Sequence record: NC_106513.1
Strand: one strand, 5' to 3'
Source of the DNA: Escherichia phage vB_EcoS_ESCO30
DNA: 64,000 nucleotides
Both the position numbers and the translations under genes were made by a program. Positions 39,932 through 48,974 of this stretch are shown here, piece by piece; the first letter of the stretch is position 1; each line of letters opens with the position of its first letter. Under the pieces are notes generated by a model that ran no database searches, was not told the DNA's origin, and worked only from the letters and a program-made list of their open reading frames with translations.

Positions 39932-41077
39932 ATGACTACTTTACTAAACCTGAATTGGGATCATACTAACGCTGACCTTTTCCTGGGAGATTCTCTCGGT
40001 ATCGCAGATTATGTACGTGTAGCACATCCAGAACTAGAACGTCTGGCACTTCTGCAACGCTCTCAATTTTGGACTGAGACAGAAATCAGTCTGGAGGCAG
40101 ATAAGAAACAATGGCCTAATCTCCCGCGTGAAATTCAGGAAATTACACTCCTGAACTTAGCATGGCAGACTCAAACTGATTCCTTTATCAGTCGTGCCCC
40201 TGAAGCAGCTATTATGCCACTTGTAAGTCGTCCAGAATTGGAAGGTATGCTCAAACAGTGGAGCTATTTTGAAGACCTGCATAGTCGTGCTTATAGCAAT
40301 ATTATTCGTAATGTGCTGACTGATCCAGCAGAATTTATTGATTCTGTAACCAAAAACCAAGAAGCATTCGCGCGCATCGCTGATTCTGTTGAACTATTCG
40401 ATGAACTGTACCAGTTAGGTCAGTATTTCATCGCAGTACGCGATCATCGTGGCGACAATACATACCCAGAAACGGAGTTCCCTGAAGTTAAACGTGAAAC
40501 TCAGGCTAAACTATTAGACGCTTACTTTGCGATCTATGGTCTGGAAGCAATGCAGTTTTACGCATCCTTTGCATGTACCTTTGCATTAGCAGAGAACGAT
40601 ATTCTGCAAGGTATTGCTAAAAATCTGCAATTAATCGCTAAAGATGAAGCTCTGCACACTCAGATGTCAAAAGCAATCATCCAGATTATGTTTCAGCAAT
40701 TTGACAAAGATCTGGTAGATGAGGCAGTGGCTAAAGCACCAGCACAGCTCCTGAAAACTCTGAAAACTGAAATTGAATGGGGTCATTTCATTTTCAAAGG
40801 TCGTAGTCTGATTGGCTTGAATGCAGAACTTCTAGAAGAATATCTGTACTTTGTGGGGCGCAATGCATTTATGCACATCGGTATAGAATGGCCAAGTAAT
40901 CTGCCGGTAATCACCAAAAACCCTATTCCGTGGATCATGAACTGGTTGGATACTACTTCTCTACAGCCTGCTCCGCAAGAAATCCAGATTGGTGCAGCTT
41001 ACCGTGTAGGTCAGGTAACTGAGACCTCTACTGATACTCTGAAAGATCTGGGCAATGAATTTGGAGATTTCCTATGA
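39932..41077 (+). CDS. nrdB: ribonucleoside-diphosphate reductase small subunit
   Basis: 381 aa; di-iron ligand pattern (E...EALH...) and conserved tyrosyl-radical region. Confidence 0.85.
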   Translation: MTTLLNLNWDHTNADLFLGDSLGIADYVRVAHPELERLALLQRSQFWTETEISLEADKKQWPNLPREIQEITLLNLAWQTQTDSFISRAPEAAIMPLVSRPELEGMLKQWSYFEDLHSRAYSNIIRNVLTDPAEFIDSVTKNQEAFARIADSVELFDELYQLGQYFIAVRDHRGDNTYPETEFPEVKRETQAKLLDAYFAIYGLEAMQFYASFACTFALAENDILQGIAKNLQLIAKDEALHTQMSKAIIQIMFQQFDKDLVDEAVAKAPAQLLKTLKTEIEWGHFIFKGRSLIGLNAELLEEYLYFVGRNAFMHIGIEWPSNLPVITKNPIPWIMNWLDTTSLQPAPQEIQIGAAYRVGQVTETSTDTLKDLGNEFGDFL

Positions 41078-41607
41078 TTACAGCAATGTATGCAGTTGGG
41101 CCGAATGGGGAGTTCGGCCTCCGAGGTAAGCTTCCCTGGGGTTCTTTTAAAGAAGAACTAGATGCTTTTTATTCACAATTAGATGTACTAAATCCTGATA
41201 ATATTATTATTGGGGCGGGTACTTATTTAGCTCTTCCATATGCCGTTAGGGAACGTATGATTGGAGCTTCTGACCTATTTATTCGTGCTGATCGTCCACT
41301 GCCAGACGATATTACACATGATATTTACACCCCAATTTCTAAGATTGGGGATACATTGCCCACGTTCTTAAAAGATCAACAGACAGTGGTTTTAGGTGGC
41401 GCAACATTACTGTACGAAATGTATATTCATGGTCATATTGAAAGTGCTTTCGTATCCACAATCTTTAGTAATCAAAAACTAGAGGCAGATGTACATCTGG
41501 ATAATACGATTCTAGATTACAACTATGAATCTACTCGTTTAGTTTACGCAACTGGCGCAAACAGTGATAACAGCCTGCGATTTGTACAGGAATTGGTTAC
41601 TTATTAA
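41074..41607 (+). CDS. dihydrofolate reductase
   Basis: 177 aa; [15 protein letters not shown]...LPW N-terminal DHFR signature. Confidence 0.75.
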   Translation: MITAMYAVGPNGEFGLRGKLPWGSFKEELDAFYSQLDVLNPDNIIIGAGTYLALPYAVRERMIGASDLFIRADRPLPDDITHDIYTPISKIGDTLPTFLKDQQTVVLGGATLLYEMYIHGHIESAFVSTIFSNQKLEADVHLDNTILDYNYESTRLVYATGANSDNSLRFVQELVTY

Positions 41608-42461
41608 TGGATCAGTATATCGAAGTTGGAAAACGTATTCTATCAGAGGGTCAGTGGGTAACGAATCCTAGAACAGGGGTTCGTTGCCTCACTATTATTG
41701 ACGCAGACTTTACTTTTAACGTAGGTGCAGGGGAATTCCCCCTTATTACTACTCGTAAGGCGTTTGCAAAACAAGCAATAATGGAAATGATTGGGTATCT
41801 ACGTGGGTATGACTCAGCAGCACAATTCCGCGCTATTGGTGTTAACACATGGAATGCTAATGCAAATGAAAACTTAGCTTGGCTAGACAATCCATACCGT
41901 AAAGGTGAGGATGATATGGGACGAGTCTATGGTGTTCAAGGACGTCAGTGGACTAATTCCGATGGTCTTATGTTTGACCAATTAGCCAAGATTTATCATA
42001 ATCTGAAAAAGGGCATTGATGATCGTGGGGAAATTCTAACCTTCTGGAATCCTGGAGAGTTCTCGAAAGGTTGCTTACGTCCATGTATGCATACTCATCA
42101 GTTCTCTATTTTGGGGGGTACATTATACCTGAACTCTTTCCAGAGATCTAATGACTTCCTGTTAGGCCAAGTATTTAACATGGTTCAGTGCTATACGCTT
42201 CTAGCATTAATGGCACAGATTACGGGCCTTAAACCAGGAATTGCACGCCAGAAGATTATCAATCTTCATATCTATGAGGATCAGTATAATGTTTTGATGG
42301 AGCACAAGCAATTCGATCGTGAACCTTTTGCACTCCCAACTCTAGAAATTAATCCAAATATTAAGACTTTAGATGACGTATTGACTTGGGTAAGTAAGGA
42401 TGATTTTACTGTTCAAGGTTATGAACATCATCCAGCTATTGCATATCCATTCACTGTTTAA
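41607..42461 (+). CDS. thyA: thymidylate synthase
   Basis: 284 aa; ...FWNP... and [10 protein letters not shown] active-site region. Confidence 0.8.
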   Translation: MDQYIEVGKRILSEGQWVTNPRTGVRCLTIIDADFTFNVGAGEFPLITTRKAFAKQAIMEMIGYLRGYDSAAQFRAIGVNTWNANANENLAWLDNPYRKGEDDMGRVYGVQGRQWTNSDGLMFDQLAKIYHNLKKGIDDRGEILTFWNPGEFSKGCLRPCMHTHQFSILGGTLYLNSFQRSNDFLLGQVFNMVQCYTLLALMAQITGLKPGIARQKIINLHIYEDQYNVLMEHKQFDREPFALPTLEINPNIKTLDDVLTWVSKDDFTVQGYEHHPAIAYPFTV

Positions 42462-42474
42462 TTTAAAATATTAT

Positions 42475-42504
42475 TTGCTTTAATCCCAGTACTTATAGTA
42501 TAAT
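42475..42504 (+). promoter_or_regulatory. sigma70-like promoter (TTGCTT-18-TATAAT)
   Basis: Consensus hexamers; followed by SD-containing hairpin CTCCTATA-loop-TATAGGAG. Confidence 0.45.
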
Positions 42505-42535
42505 ATCTCCTATATACATTATAGGAGATATATTT

Positions 42536-43090
42536 ATGATCGTACAAGAGGGGTGGACAAAAGAATCCGCACGTAATAGGTTTATCTATAATCCTCTTAC
42601 TGGGGAGATTTTAAATAGAATTAACAGTGGTAGGGCTAAGAAAGGACAGACAGCCGGGTACCTCGACAAGTCTACTGGATATATTCGGGTAACATTGGCA
42701 GGAAAAAGAATGAAAGGACATCAGTTAGCCTTCTTATACATGGAAGGATATATACCTGATACTATAGATCACATCAACAGAATAAAATCTGATAATAGAT
42801 GGTGTAATTTAAAGGAATCTTCACCCCAAGAGAATGCTAGAAATATTAAAGCAAGAAGTAAATCTGGTTATTTAGGGGTTGGGTGGCATAAGCCAAGTCA
42901 AAAATGGTGGGTATATACTAAAGATGTAAAAGGAGCGCAGATTAATGGTGGTTACTTTGATTATACGAAATTAGAGGAAGCAGTCAATAAAGCTAATGAA
43001 CTCCGTCAGCAATTACATGGACATACTGCTATTTTAGAAGTTTTTAATCCTGATCAACCAATACCTACCATAGAGGAACTTAATAAATGA
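42536..43090 (+). CDS. HNH homing endonuclease (HNH + AP2-like domain)
   Basis: HINRIKSDNRWCNL HNH core and GYLGVGW motif; paralog of 18378-18908; inserted between thyA and RNase H. Confidence 0.75.
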   Translation: MIVQEGWTKESARNRFIYNPLTGEILNRINSGRAKKGQTAGYLDKSTGYIRVTLAGKRMKGHQLAFLYMEGYIPDTIDHINRIKSDNRWCNLKESSPQENARNIKARSKSGYLGVGWHKPSQKWWVYTKDVKGAQINGGYFDYTKLEEAVNKANELRQQLHGHTAILEVFNPDQPIPTIEELNK

Positions 43091-43563
43091 GTGTTTTCCA
43101 CATTTACACAGATGGTGCTTGTAAGTCTAATCCAGGTCCAGGTGCTTGGGGTTTTATTGTCTATGATGATAACGACGATCGTTTAGGTTCTAAATCTGGT
43201 TATAATCCTAAAACCACAAATAACGAGATGGAACTCACAGCTATTGTAGAAGCTCTACGTTGGTCCGTTAAAAAAGATAATAGACCAATTGCTATCTATA
43301 CTGACTCTGCTTATTGCAAAAATGGTATGGAAAGTTGGATGTTTTCTTGGCAAAAGAAAGGCTGGAAGAAAGCAGATGGTGAAATCCCTCTTAATCTAGA
43401 ACTTTGGCAAGAAGCATTTAAATTAACTCAGCAATACATTAACTTCCACAATACTAATCCTACTTTTATTAAAGTAAAAGGGCACTCAGGAATTAGTGGT
43501 AATGAAGCTGTAGATGCACTATGTAATACAGTTATTACTGAAGCTGAAATGGCTGAGATGTGA
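43087..43563 (+). CDS. ribonuclease H
   Basis: 158 aa; MSVFHIYTDGACKSNPGPGAWG RNase H1 N-terminal signature, later acidic catalytic residues. Confidence 0.8.
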   Translation: MSVFHIYTDGACKSNPGPGAWGFIVYDDNDDRLGSKSGYNPKTTNNEMELTAIVEALRWSVKKDNRPIAIYTDSAYCKNGMESWMFSWQKKGWKKADGEIPLNLELWQEAFKLTQQYINFHNTNPTFIKVKGHSGISGNEAVDALCNTVITEAEMAEM

Positions 43564-43583
43564 TAAATAAATTAAAAATTTTC

Positions 43584-43612
43584 TTGCTTAAAGCCCTTTA
43601 ATTTAGTATAAT
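43584..43612 (+). promoter_or_regulatory. sigma70-like early promoter
   Basis: TTGCTT-17-TATAAT. Confidence 0.5.
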
Positions 43613-43638
43613 ATTCGTATTGAAAGTGAGGGGGCTTT

Positions 43639-43917
43639 ATGCGAATTTATAACTCAAATTCATTAGGATTTAAACCGTTGAGAAAACGTGCGCAATCACC
43701 TCGTCAAATAAGAAAGGCTAATATTGGTGAACCAGAAACACGTCTTCCACCTCCCCCAGAACAACGTTTAGTTTATCTGGATGAAGAATTAGCTGAACGC
43801 GAAAGAAAAGCTCAAGAAGAGATTGAGCGTAAGAAAATGTGTACTGCTCCAGCGTATAATAAAGGAGCGTATCAATACGTTTCTGATGAAGAACAAGCTA
43901 AGCTGGTCGGCAGATAA
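43639..43917 (+). CDS. hypothetical protein
   Basis: 92 aa ORF with SD. Confidence 0.45.
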   Translation: MRIYNSNSLGFKPLRKRAQSPRQIRKANIGEPETRLPPPPEQRLVYLDEELAERERKAQEEIERKKMCTAPAYNKGAYQYVSDEEQAKLVGR

Positions 43918-43933
43918 TTTTTAAAAAATTCAT

Positions 43934-43962
43934 TTGCTAAACGCTTCAAATTCTCGTATAAT
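43934..43962 (+). promoter_or_regulatory. sigma70-like early promoter
   Basis: TTGCTA-17-TATAAT plus conserved leader. Confidence 0.5.
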
Positions 43963-44000
43963 ATACTTCATAAATTGATAAACAAAAAGGAAAACAAATA

Positions 44001-44516
44001 ATGGCTAAGCAGAAAAACGCAAAAACTCAAGCAGCTACTACAGTTAAAACTTTCCCGCAGACTGAGGCTAACCGCAAAGCTCGTCTGGAACGCCACCTAC
44101 GCAAGCACCCTACTGATGCTCAGGCTGCACAGGCACTGAATCGTCCGGCCCCGATTCGTCAAAAGCCGAAGGCTAAGAATGCTACTCGTTCTGTAGCCCG
44201 CCTTGTGACCTATGTACAGGGTTATGGTCACAAATCTGTTCCAGTAACACTGAGTTTCAATGCTGGAGCTGAATTGTTCTCTCGTAATGGCATGGCCATG
44301 AAAGATTATGAGAAAGCAGTTAACCAGAAACGTAAACCAACGGCAGATGTACTGCGTGATACTCGTGGCCAGTTTGGTTCTGTTAAGCCAAATATCTTTG
44401 GCGTAGAATATAGCAAGGATAATGTTCGTGCTCTGTGTTACGGTGTGGGTATTAAATTCACAGGCGATTCTGCTCGTAAATCTGCTAAACCAGCTCGCAA
44501 ACGTAAAGTGAAGTAA
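44001..44516 (+). CDS. hypothetical basic protein
   Basis: 171 aa Lys/Arg-rich ORF with SD. Confidence 0.45.
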   Translation: MAKQKNAKTQAATTVKTFPQTEANRKARLERHLRKHPTDAQAAQALNRPAPIRQKPKAKNATRSVARLVTYVQGYGHKSVPVTLSFNAGAELFSRNGMAMKDYEKAVNQKRKPTADVLRDTRGQFGSVKPNIFGVEYSKDNVRALCYGVGIKFTGDSARKSAKPARKRKVK

Positions 44517-44575
44517 TAGATAGGGGCGAAAGCCCCTACAGTCAACTAATTCTCTAACCAATCAAGGATATTTTT

Positions 44576-44791
44576 ATGTTCTCTAAGAAACCACGTTCCG
44601 TTACTGAAATCGTTGCTTCCTTTACTACTATTACTGATGAACTTCAAGCTCGTATTGAGGCTGATCAGAAAATTGCTGCTGATATTCAGAAACAACAGGA
44701 AGAACTTGCCCTGAAACTGGCCGAAACTACTAAGAGTGAAAAATCTGCCCAAACTATTATGGAAAATATCCTTAAACTGCTGGGCAAGTAA
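44576..44791 (+). CDS. hypothetical protein
   Basis: 71 aa coiled-coil-like ORF. Confidence 0.4.
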   Translation: MFSKKPRSVTEIVASFTTITDELQARIEADQKIAADIQKQQEELALKLAETTKSEKSAQTIMENILKLLGK

Positions 44792-44833
44792 TTTAAGTTA
44801 GGGGGCGAAAGCCCCTCTTAGTTTGGAGAAACT

Positions 44834-45070
44834 ATGCGTAATTTTGTAGCAAAGAATGATTTTAACCGTGCTAGCACTCATAAGTCCGCTAGAGATTATA
44901 CACGACTTTCTAGTCATGAGGTAATGGATACCTGTTATGAAGAGCTGGAAGATAACTGGAATGAATGGCCAGACTTTTCTATGGAAGAAAACTGGGATGT
45001 CAGTGAGGATATGCTTCCTAGTTTTAAAGACCCCAAGAAGTGGGAGTCTATTAAAGAGACAGCTCTTTAA
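44834..45070 (+). CDS. hypothetical protein
   Basis: 78 aa ORF. Confidence 0.4.
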   Translation: MRNFVAKNDFNRASTHKSARDYTRLSSHEVMDTCYEELEDNWNEWPDFSMEENWDVSEDMLPSFKDPKKWESIKETAL

Positions 45071-45098
45071 TAGTTTTCTACACAATAAAGGATAAGTT

Positions 45099-45800
45099 AT
45101 GAAAGTAAAACCATTTGGTATGTTAGATATTGAATCTCTAGGAACCCCAGGAGATTGTGGTACTACTCATATCGTAATGCCTTCTTTCGCTTTTGTGGCT
45201 ATGCATGGAATTGATAAAGATCCTGATCTAGTGTTTGTTACTTTGGATGTACAAGATCAGCTTAATTCTGGAGCCAAAGTTACGGCATCTACTCTAGCAT
45301 TCTGGATGGATCAAGCTAAAAATAGCCCATCAGCTCTCCATATTATGGAAGCTATGAAGGAATGCAATCCAAAGCTGATTGCTTTTCAAGATGGTAAACA
45401 TCACTGTACTAATAAGCTTGGCTCTAACTATGCAGCTTATTCTATGGCTAAAAACATTATGGAGTTGGCTCTAGGCGAAAATACTTTGTATTATGGCAAT
45501 GGCCCAGAATTTGATATGACTATCTATTCTGCAAATACGTTCCATGCTGGAACCAATGAAGAGGTAATTCCGTGGAAATTCTGGAATTTGGGTAATGTTC
45601 GATCTCTTCGTAATCTCTGGATGCAAGCTGGATATAGTTACAAAGACCTAGAAGCTGAGGGGATTAGCTGGGCAAAAGCTAAGATGGAGAAGATGGACAC
45701 CATTCGTTATGGGATCTATCCGGTTAAGCATGATCCTGCATTTGATGCCTTAGTTGAAAGCTATTGTGTTGCAGCTATGATCGAAAAAATGAAAATTTGA
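45099..45800 (+). CDS. putative 3'-5' exonuclease (DEDDh family)
   Basis: MLDIESLG (Exo I D-x-E), NGPEFD (Exo II), HDPAFD (Exo III H-x4-D) motif order. Confidence 0.5.
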   Translation: MKVKPFGMLDIESLGTPGDCGTTHIVMPSFAFVAMHGIDKDPDLVFVTLDVQDQLNSGAKVTASTLAFWMDQAKNSPSALHIMEAMKECNPKLIAFQDGKHHCTNKLGSNYAAYSMAKNIMELALGENTLYYGNGPEFDMTIYSANTFHAGTNEEVIPWKFWNLGNVRSLRNLWMQAGYSYKDLEAEGISWAKAKMEKMDTIRYGIYPVKHDPAFDALVESYCVAAMIEKMKI

Positions 45801-45801
45801 T

Positions 45802-45830
45802 TTGCTTCCGGCTCCAAAATTCTGTATAAT
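45802..45830 (+). promoter_or_regulatory. sigma70-like early promoter
   Basis: TTGCTT-17-TATAAT plus conserved leader. Confidence 0.5.
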
Positions 45831-45870
45831 ATATTCATAAATTTGAGAAAACAATAAAAGGAAAACAAAT

Positions 45871-46053
45871 ATGCCAGTATCTAAAAATGTTCGTAAAAAT
45901 GGTAAGAAAGCTACTCGTAATCTTGGTATCCGTCGTATGGCTGAACGTCAATCAGGTATCCAGAAAATCTTTGATCTGTTAAATCGTGCTAATCCTAAAA
46001 TTGATAACAGTAATGATACTGTTCTGCGCACTCTGCTGGCAATTGGTCTGTAA
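45871..46053 (+). CDS. hypothetical protein
   Basis: 60 aa ORF with SD. Confidence 0.35.
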   Translation: MPVSKNVRKNGKKATRNLGIRRMAERQSGIQKIFDLLNRANPKIDNSNDTVLRTLLAIGL

Positions 46054-46106
46054 TAGATCAAATTTAAACAAATTCAAATCTCAAACTTCATATAAGGAAG
46101 CAAATA

Positions 46107-46745
46107 ATGACTACTCGTATTTCTAAAACTCGCGCTCTGGCAACTATCAAATCTCTGGAAGCTAAAATCCGTAAAGCTACTGAACAACAGCTTCTGATCG
46201 CTGTTGGTGAAGGTAAGGATAAAAATAAGGTTGTAGTTGGCGCTGCAATCGAAGTAGACGATCTGTCTAATCGTATTAGGACAGATTTCCAGTCTCTGCT
46301 GGATATGATGTCCCAGCGTGACCGAATCAAAGCAGCTTTGATTAAGAGCAATGCGGAAACAATCGTTGAGATTGGTTCTCGTAAAATGACTGTTGCAGAA
46401 GCAATTGAAGCTAAACGTTCTATGGAGCTTAAAGCTCAGTTGCTGGCTAATATGCGTAAGCAGTTCCATGCCGCTACGGTTAAGTTTAATACGCAGAAAG
46501 CACAGTTTGATGCTAAATATGAGCGTTTGCAGGATAGCATGGCTACCCGCGATAAGAAAACTTCCGAAGATGAAGTTAAAATGCAGCTCAACCTGCTGGA
46601 ACTCAAGAATACTCCATTCTTGATTGATCCGCTGGAACTGGAGAAGCTGATTAAACAGCATGACGAGGAATACCAGGACTTTGCAACAAATGTTGACTTT
46701 GTTCTGTCCGAGTCTAACGCCTCTACTTTCATTGAAGTAGAGTAA
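46107..46745 (+). CDS. hypothetical coiled-coil protein
   Basis: 212 aa ORF with AAGGAAG SD; plus strand chosen over the overlapping minus-strand ORF. Confidence 0.5.
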   Translation: MTTRISKTRALATIKSLEAKIRKATEQQLLIAVGEGKDKNKVVVGAAIEVDDLSNRIRTDFQSLLDMMSQRDRIKAALIKSNAETIVEIGSRKMTVAEAIEAKRSMELKAQLLANMRKQFHAATVKFNTQKAQFDAKYERLQDSMATRDKKTSEDEVKMQLNLLELKNTPFLIDPLELEKLIKQHDEEYQDFATNVDFVLSESNASTFIEVE

Positions 46746-47128
46746 TAATTTAAAAGCTAGTAAATCGGTAGACGAAAGCCCAAGCATCTTACCTCGCAGC
46801 AGCGGTTGAAATACGAGGTTAAATAAGACCGCTGACCATACTATAAAGTATAATCTATTGGAGATTATGTTTATTACATCAGACATTTAATCTGACACGT
46901 AAAAACAAAGCGTCGTTGATATTACCGACACAACTTCAAAGATCAACATTTAAGTATGAAAGCTGAAAAGTTTAAAGAACTCAAACTTCTAAACTTCTAA
47001 AGCTAAAAGATGCAAAGTATTCGTTGATGATTCAAACCCTAGATCAAAGGTACATGGCTCGTAAGATATGGCCTGTGGCGCCTCTAGGCTGTTTATCGGT
47101 TTACTAGTTTCACAATTTAAAAATGTAT

Positions 47129-47157
47129 TTGCTAATTTATTAAGTTTTCTGTATAAT
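47129..47157 (+). promoter_or_regulatory. sigma70-like early promoter
   Basis: TTGCTA-17-TATAAT. Confidence 0.5.
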
Positions 47158-47187
47158 ATATTTTTAAATTGATGAAACGAGGCTATT

Positions 47188-47505
47188 ATGACTTTTCATA
47201 TTTTGATTGATGATGTGCGTAATCTTCACGGAATGGACATTATCATTCGAACCCCAGAAGCCGCTGTCGAGTTTCTGAATAAAACTGATACCACAGGCCA
47301 CTTCGTTTATATGGATAATGACTTGGCTGTAGATGGTATGGAAGGTTATCAAATTCTTCGTTTACTCTTAGAATTTGGGCAGAGACCAAAGAAAGTGGTA
47401 CTAGTAACCTCGAATCCCGTAGCTAAGCAAACTATGCGTAATGATTTGCTTGACTTGGGATACAAAGAAAACCCCAATCGTATTGAATATGATTGGCAGG
47501 AGTAA
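47188..47505 (+). CDS. hypothetical protein with receiver (CheY-like) domain-like motif pattern
   Basis: ILIDDV N-terminal acidic pair, YMDNDLAVDGMEG mid acidic pocket, VVLVTS, downstream Lys: order typical of REC domains. Confidence 0.35.
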   Translation: MTFHILIDDVRNLHGMDIIIRTPEAAVEFLNKTDTTGHFVYMDNDLAVDGMEGYQILRLLLEFGQRPKKVVLVTSNPVAKQTMRNDLLDLGYKENPNRIEYDWQE

Positions 47506-47510
47506 AAAGA

Positions 47511-47960
47511 ATGAAGGCAGCTTTGCTTTTAGTAGCTGCCCTTACCTTCAGCTTTAGTAGTCAGGCATCGCACGATGCAAAAGAAATAGATTGCATTGCT
47601 AAAAATATCTATTTCGAAAGTCGTGGTGAGGGCATAAAGGGAATGACGGCGATTGCACATGTTACTAAAAACCGTGTAAACTCCGGTAAATTCCCAGATT
47701 CCTACTGTAAAGTAGTATATCAGTCTAACCAGTTCTCTTGGGTATCTAAGAGACCAAAAGTTGATAAAACTGATGAGGCTTGGCAAACCGCTAAGAATTT
47801 AGCTAGAGTGATATACTACGTTGATTTACCACAAGATCCTACATATGGAGCACTTTACTTCCATAGTGGTAAAGATAAACCTTACTGGACAAAGAAGTTT
47901 AAGAAAACAACTAAGATTAAGGGACATACGTTTTATAAACCTGTTGTCACTAAAACTTAA
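47511..47960 (+). CDS. secreted SleB/CwlJ-like cell wall hydrolase (Hydrolase_2 family)
   Basis: Signal peptide MKAALLLVAALTFSFSSQA; IAKNIYFESRGE...AIAHVTKNRV motif block. Confidence 0.55.
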   Translation: MKAALLLVAALTFSFSSQASHDAKEIDCIAKNIYFESRGEGIKGMTAIAHVTKNRVNSGKFPDSYCKVVYQSNQFSWVSKRPKVDKTDEAWQTAKNLARVIYYVDLPQDPTYGALYFHSGKDKPYWTKKFKKTTKIKGHTFYKPVVTKT

Positions 47961-47968
47961 AAATTTAC

Positions 47969-47997
47969 TTGCTTAAATACTTAAATTTCCGTATAAT
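47969..47997 (+). promoter_or_regulatory. sigma70-like early promoter
   Basis: TTGCTT-17-TATAAT. Confidence 0.5.
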
Positions 47998-48028
47998 ACT
48001 TCCATAAATTAATGAGAGGAAGCGAAAT

Positions 48029-48198
48029 ATGAAATCAGTTGTAATTATTGGTGTTAACACTCGCGGTATTCGTACTACGAAAACTGTTAAAACTTCTAAC
48101 GTTGCTGAGATCACTACGAACCCTAAAAAGTTTGATTTCGCCAAAGTCTCAGCAGTTATGACAGAACAATCTTTTAACCAAGCGTTAGGAATGAAATA
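48029..48198 (+). CDS. hypothetical small protein
   Basis: 56-codon ORF with GAGGAAG SD, coupled to next gene. Confidence 0.3.
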
Positions 48199-48642
48199 AT
48201 GGAAGAGAATATTTTAGATGTTTTGCGTAGAGCTTTGCAGGATTCTAAGTTTAATGGTTCTGATAAAGAAGTCGCTAAAAGCTATCAGACCATAATCGGG
48301 GATCTTCAGCGTATTGATAAAGATTTCATCACTTCTGAACAATTTGTGTCTTATCTCAAAGCTCAACTAAAAAGCATTAACCAGATGAAAGCTAAACTTC
48401 ATGGTCAAGATCTTGATAGTTATAGCTTGCAGTCCGCTCAGTATGAATACATTCTAAATAAGTGGTTGCAGGAGTATCTGCCTCCTCAGTTATCTGATAC
48501 TGAGATTCGTAAATACTTTGCAGAATTAGTTAAGCTAAACCCTGGAATTACAAAAGGTATGCTGATGAAAGCGATTAAGGAAGAATTTCCTGGGCGTTAT
48601 GATGGTGGTACTGCTGCTCAGATTGCTGGCGAATTTAATTAA
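48199..48642 (+). CDS. GatB/YqeY-domain-like protein
   Basis: 147 aa; YLPPQLSDTEI and KGMLMKA...G..DG motif pattern resembling bacterial YqeY. Confidence 0.45.
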   Translation: MEENILDVLRRALQDSKFNGSDKEVAKSYQTIIGDLQRIDKDFITSEQFVSYLKAQLKSINQMKAKLHGQDLDSYSLQSAQYEYILNKWLQEYLPPQLSDTEIRKYFAELVKLNPGITKGMLMKAIKEEFPGRYDGGTAAQIAGEFN

Positions 48643-48650
48643 AAATTTAT

Positions 48651-48679
48651 TTGCTAAATGCTTATAAATTCTGTATAAT
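48651..48679 (+). promoter_or_regulatory. sigma70-like early promoter
   Basis: TTGCTA-17-TATAAT. Confidence 0.5.
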
Positions 48680-48902
48680 ATATTCATAAATTAGAGAACA
48701 GCGAGCCGATTACGCTGAGTGCAGAATCCCAACCGGAGCGCATTGAATAGAGTCGGTGGGTTAGTTGGAAAACTAGTACACAGGGGGCGGCAATCCCGGT
48801 TAGTGGCTAGAACGTGTAAAATGAGGCGTCTGAAACCTCTCCCCTAAACTCTTCTCTAATTTACTGATAGTGGGGTGTGGAAATCACTTATGTAGTAACA
48901 CT

Positions 48903-48974
48903 GCCGATCTAGTATAAACGGTATTATCAAGCCGTAACTGGTGGAAGATGTAGGTTCGAATCCTACGGTCGGTA
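48903..48974 (+). tRNA. tRNA-like element (anticodon not assignable)
   Basis: 7-bp acceptor pairing (2 G-U) and consensus T-arm GTAGG-TTCGAAT-CCTAC; D and anticodon arms do not fold canonically. Confidence 0.3.

Noticed and set aside
44097-44752. Minus-strand ORFs 44097-44561 and 44546-44752
   Set aside because: Antisense to plus-strand genes with SDs in a uniformly plus-transcribed block; likely non-coding shadow ORFs
46074-46886. 270-aa minus-strand ORF overlapping the 46107-46745 plus-strand gene
   Set aside because: The surrounding block is transcribed on the plus strand from the repeated promoters; the plus ORF has a strong SD and the minus translation is Phe/Leu/Ser-rich low-complexity
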